Source: Escherichia coli (lineage in GTDB: Bacteria; Pseudomonadota; Gammaproteobacteria; Enterobacterales; Enterobacteriaceae). From it: DNA of 64,000 nucleotides. Position 1 is the first letter of the stretch, and each line of letters opens with the position of its first letter. A model generated the notes under the pieces. That model did no database searches and was not told where the DNA came from. It worked only from the letters and a program-made list of their open reading frames with translations. The stretch lies in assembly GCF_030013205.1 (NCBI RefSeq), contig NZ_CP122648.1. The stretch is one strand, 5' to 3'. The translations under genes and the position numbers were made by a program. This document shows, piece after piece, positions 63,622-64,000 of the stretch.

Positions 63622-64000
63622 ACATGAGCGACAACATCCGTGTTGGGTTGATTGGGTATGGTTATGCGAGCAAAACCTTCCATGCGCCCCTGATTGCGGG
63701 CACGCCCGGGCTGGAACTGGCGGTTATCTCCAGCAGCGATGAAACAAAAGTAAAAGCCGACTGGCCAACGGTTACGGTTGTCTCTGAGCCGAAGCATCTG
63801 TTTAACGATCCCAACATAGACCTGATTGTCATCCCTACACCCAACGATACCCATTTCCCGTTAGCCAAAGCGGCGCTTGAGGCGGGTAAACATGTGGTCG
63901 TTGATAAACCCTTTACCGTGACACTGTCACAAGCGCGAGAGCTGGAAGCGCTGGCAAAAAGCCTGGGGCGTGTGCTGTCTGTATTCCATAACCGTCGCTG
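63622..64000 (+). CDS. ydgJ: Gfo/Idh/MocA-family oxidoreductase YdgJ, N-terminal part (3' end outside the window)
   Basis: ATG at about 63622 opens MSDNIRVGLIGYGYASKTFHAPLIAGTPGLELAVISSSDE... (Rossmann fold), open to the window end. Confidence 0.85.

Overview
This 64-kb window reads as ordinary Escherichia coli core chromosome (K-12-like), in reverse-complement orientation relative to how I remember the MG1655 map. I found no convincing evidence of a previously undescribed biological system. Gene order is ydiJ (3' part)-menI-ydiH-sufABCDSE-ldtE-lpp-pykF-fumD(ydhZ)-ydhYVWXUT-ydhS-ydhR-valV/valW-ydhQ-mdtK-ribC-cfa-ydhC-punR-purR-ynhF-ydhP-sodB-mepH-grxD-lhr-rnt-gloA-nemA-nemR-ydhL-ydhF-sodC-ydhKJI-slyA-slyB-anmK-mliC-pdxH-tyrS-pdxY-gstA-dtpA-nth-rsxEGDCBA-ydgK-cnu-blr-[IS1]-ydgJ (5' part). 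Gene names are from recognising the translated ORFs against remembered E. coli proteins; no database search was run. The points worth a second look are: (1) a complete IS1 element with a flanking direct repeat in the blr-ydgJ divergent promoter region; (2) single-base homopolymer deletions that split lhr and pdxY, which could be real pseudogenes or sequencing errors; (3) a 96-bp tandem repeat inside rsxC, apparently one copy short of K-12; (4) the poorly characterised modules ydhYVWXUT (with a perfect FNR box), ydhIJK-slyA and ydhQ. No CRISPR array, prophage, integrase or island was seen next to the tRNA-Val pair. Motif coordinates read directly from the text may be off by 1-2 nt; coordinates taken from the ORF track are exact.
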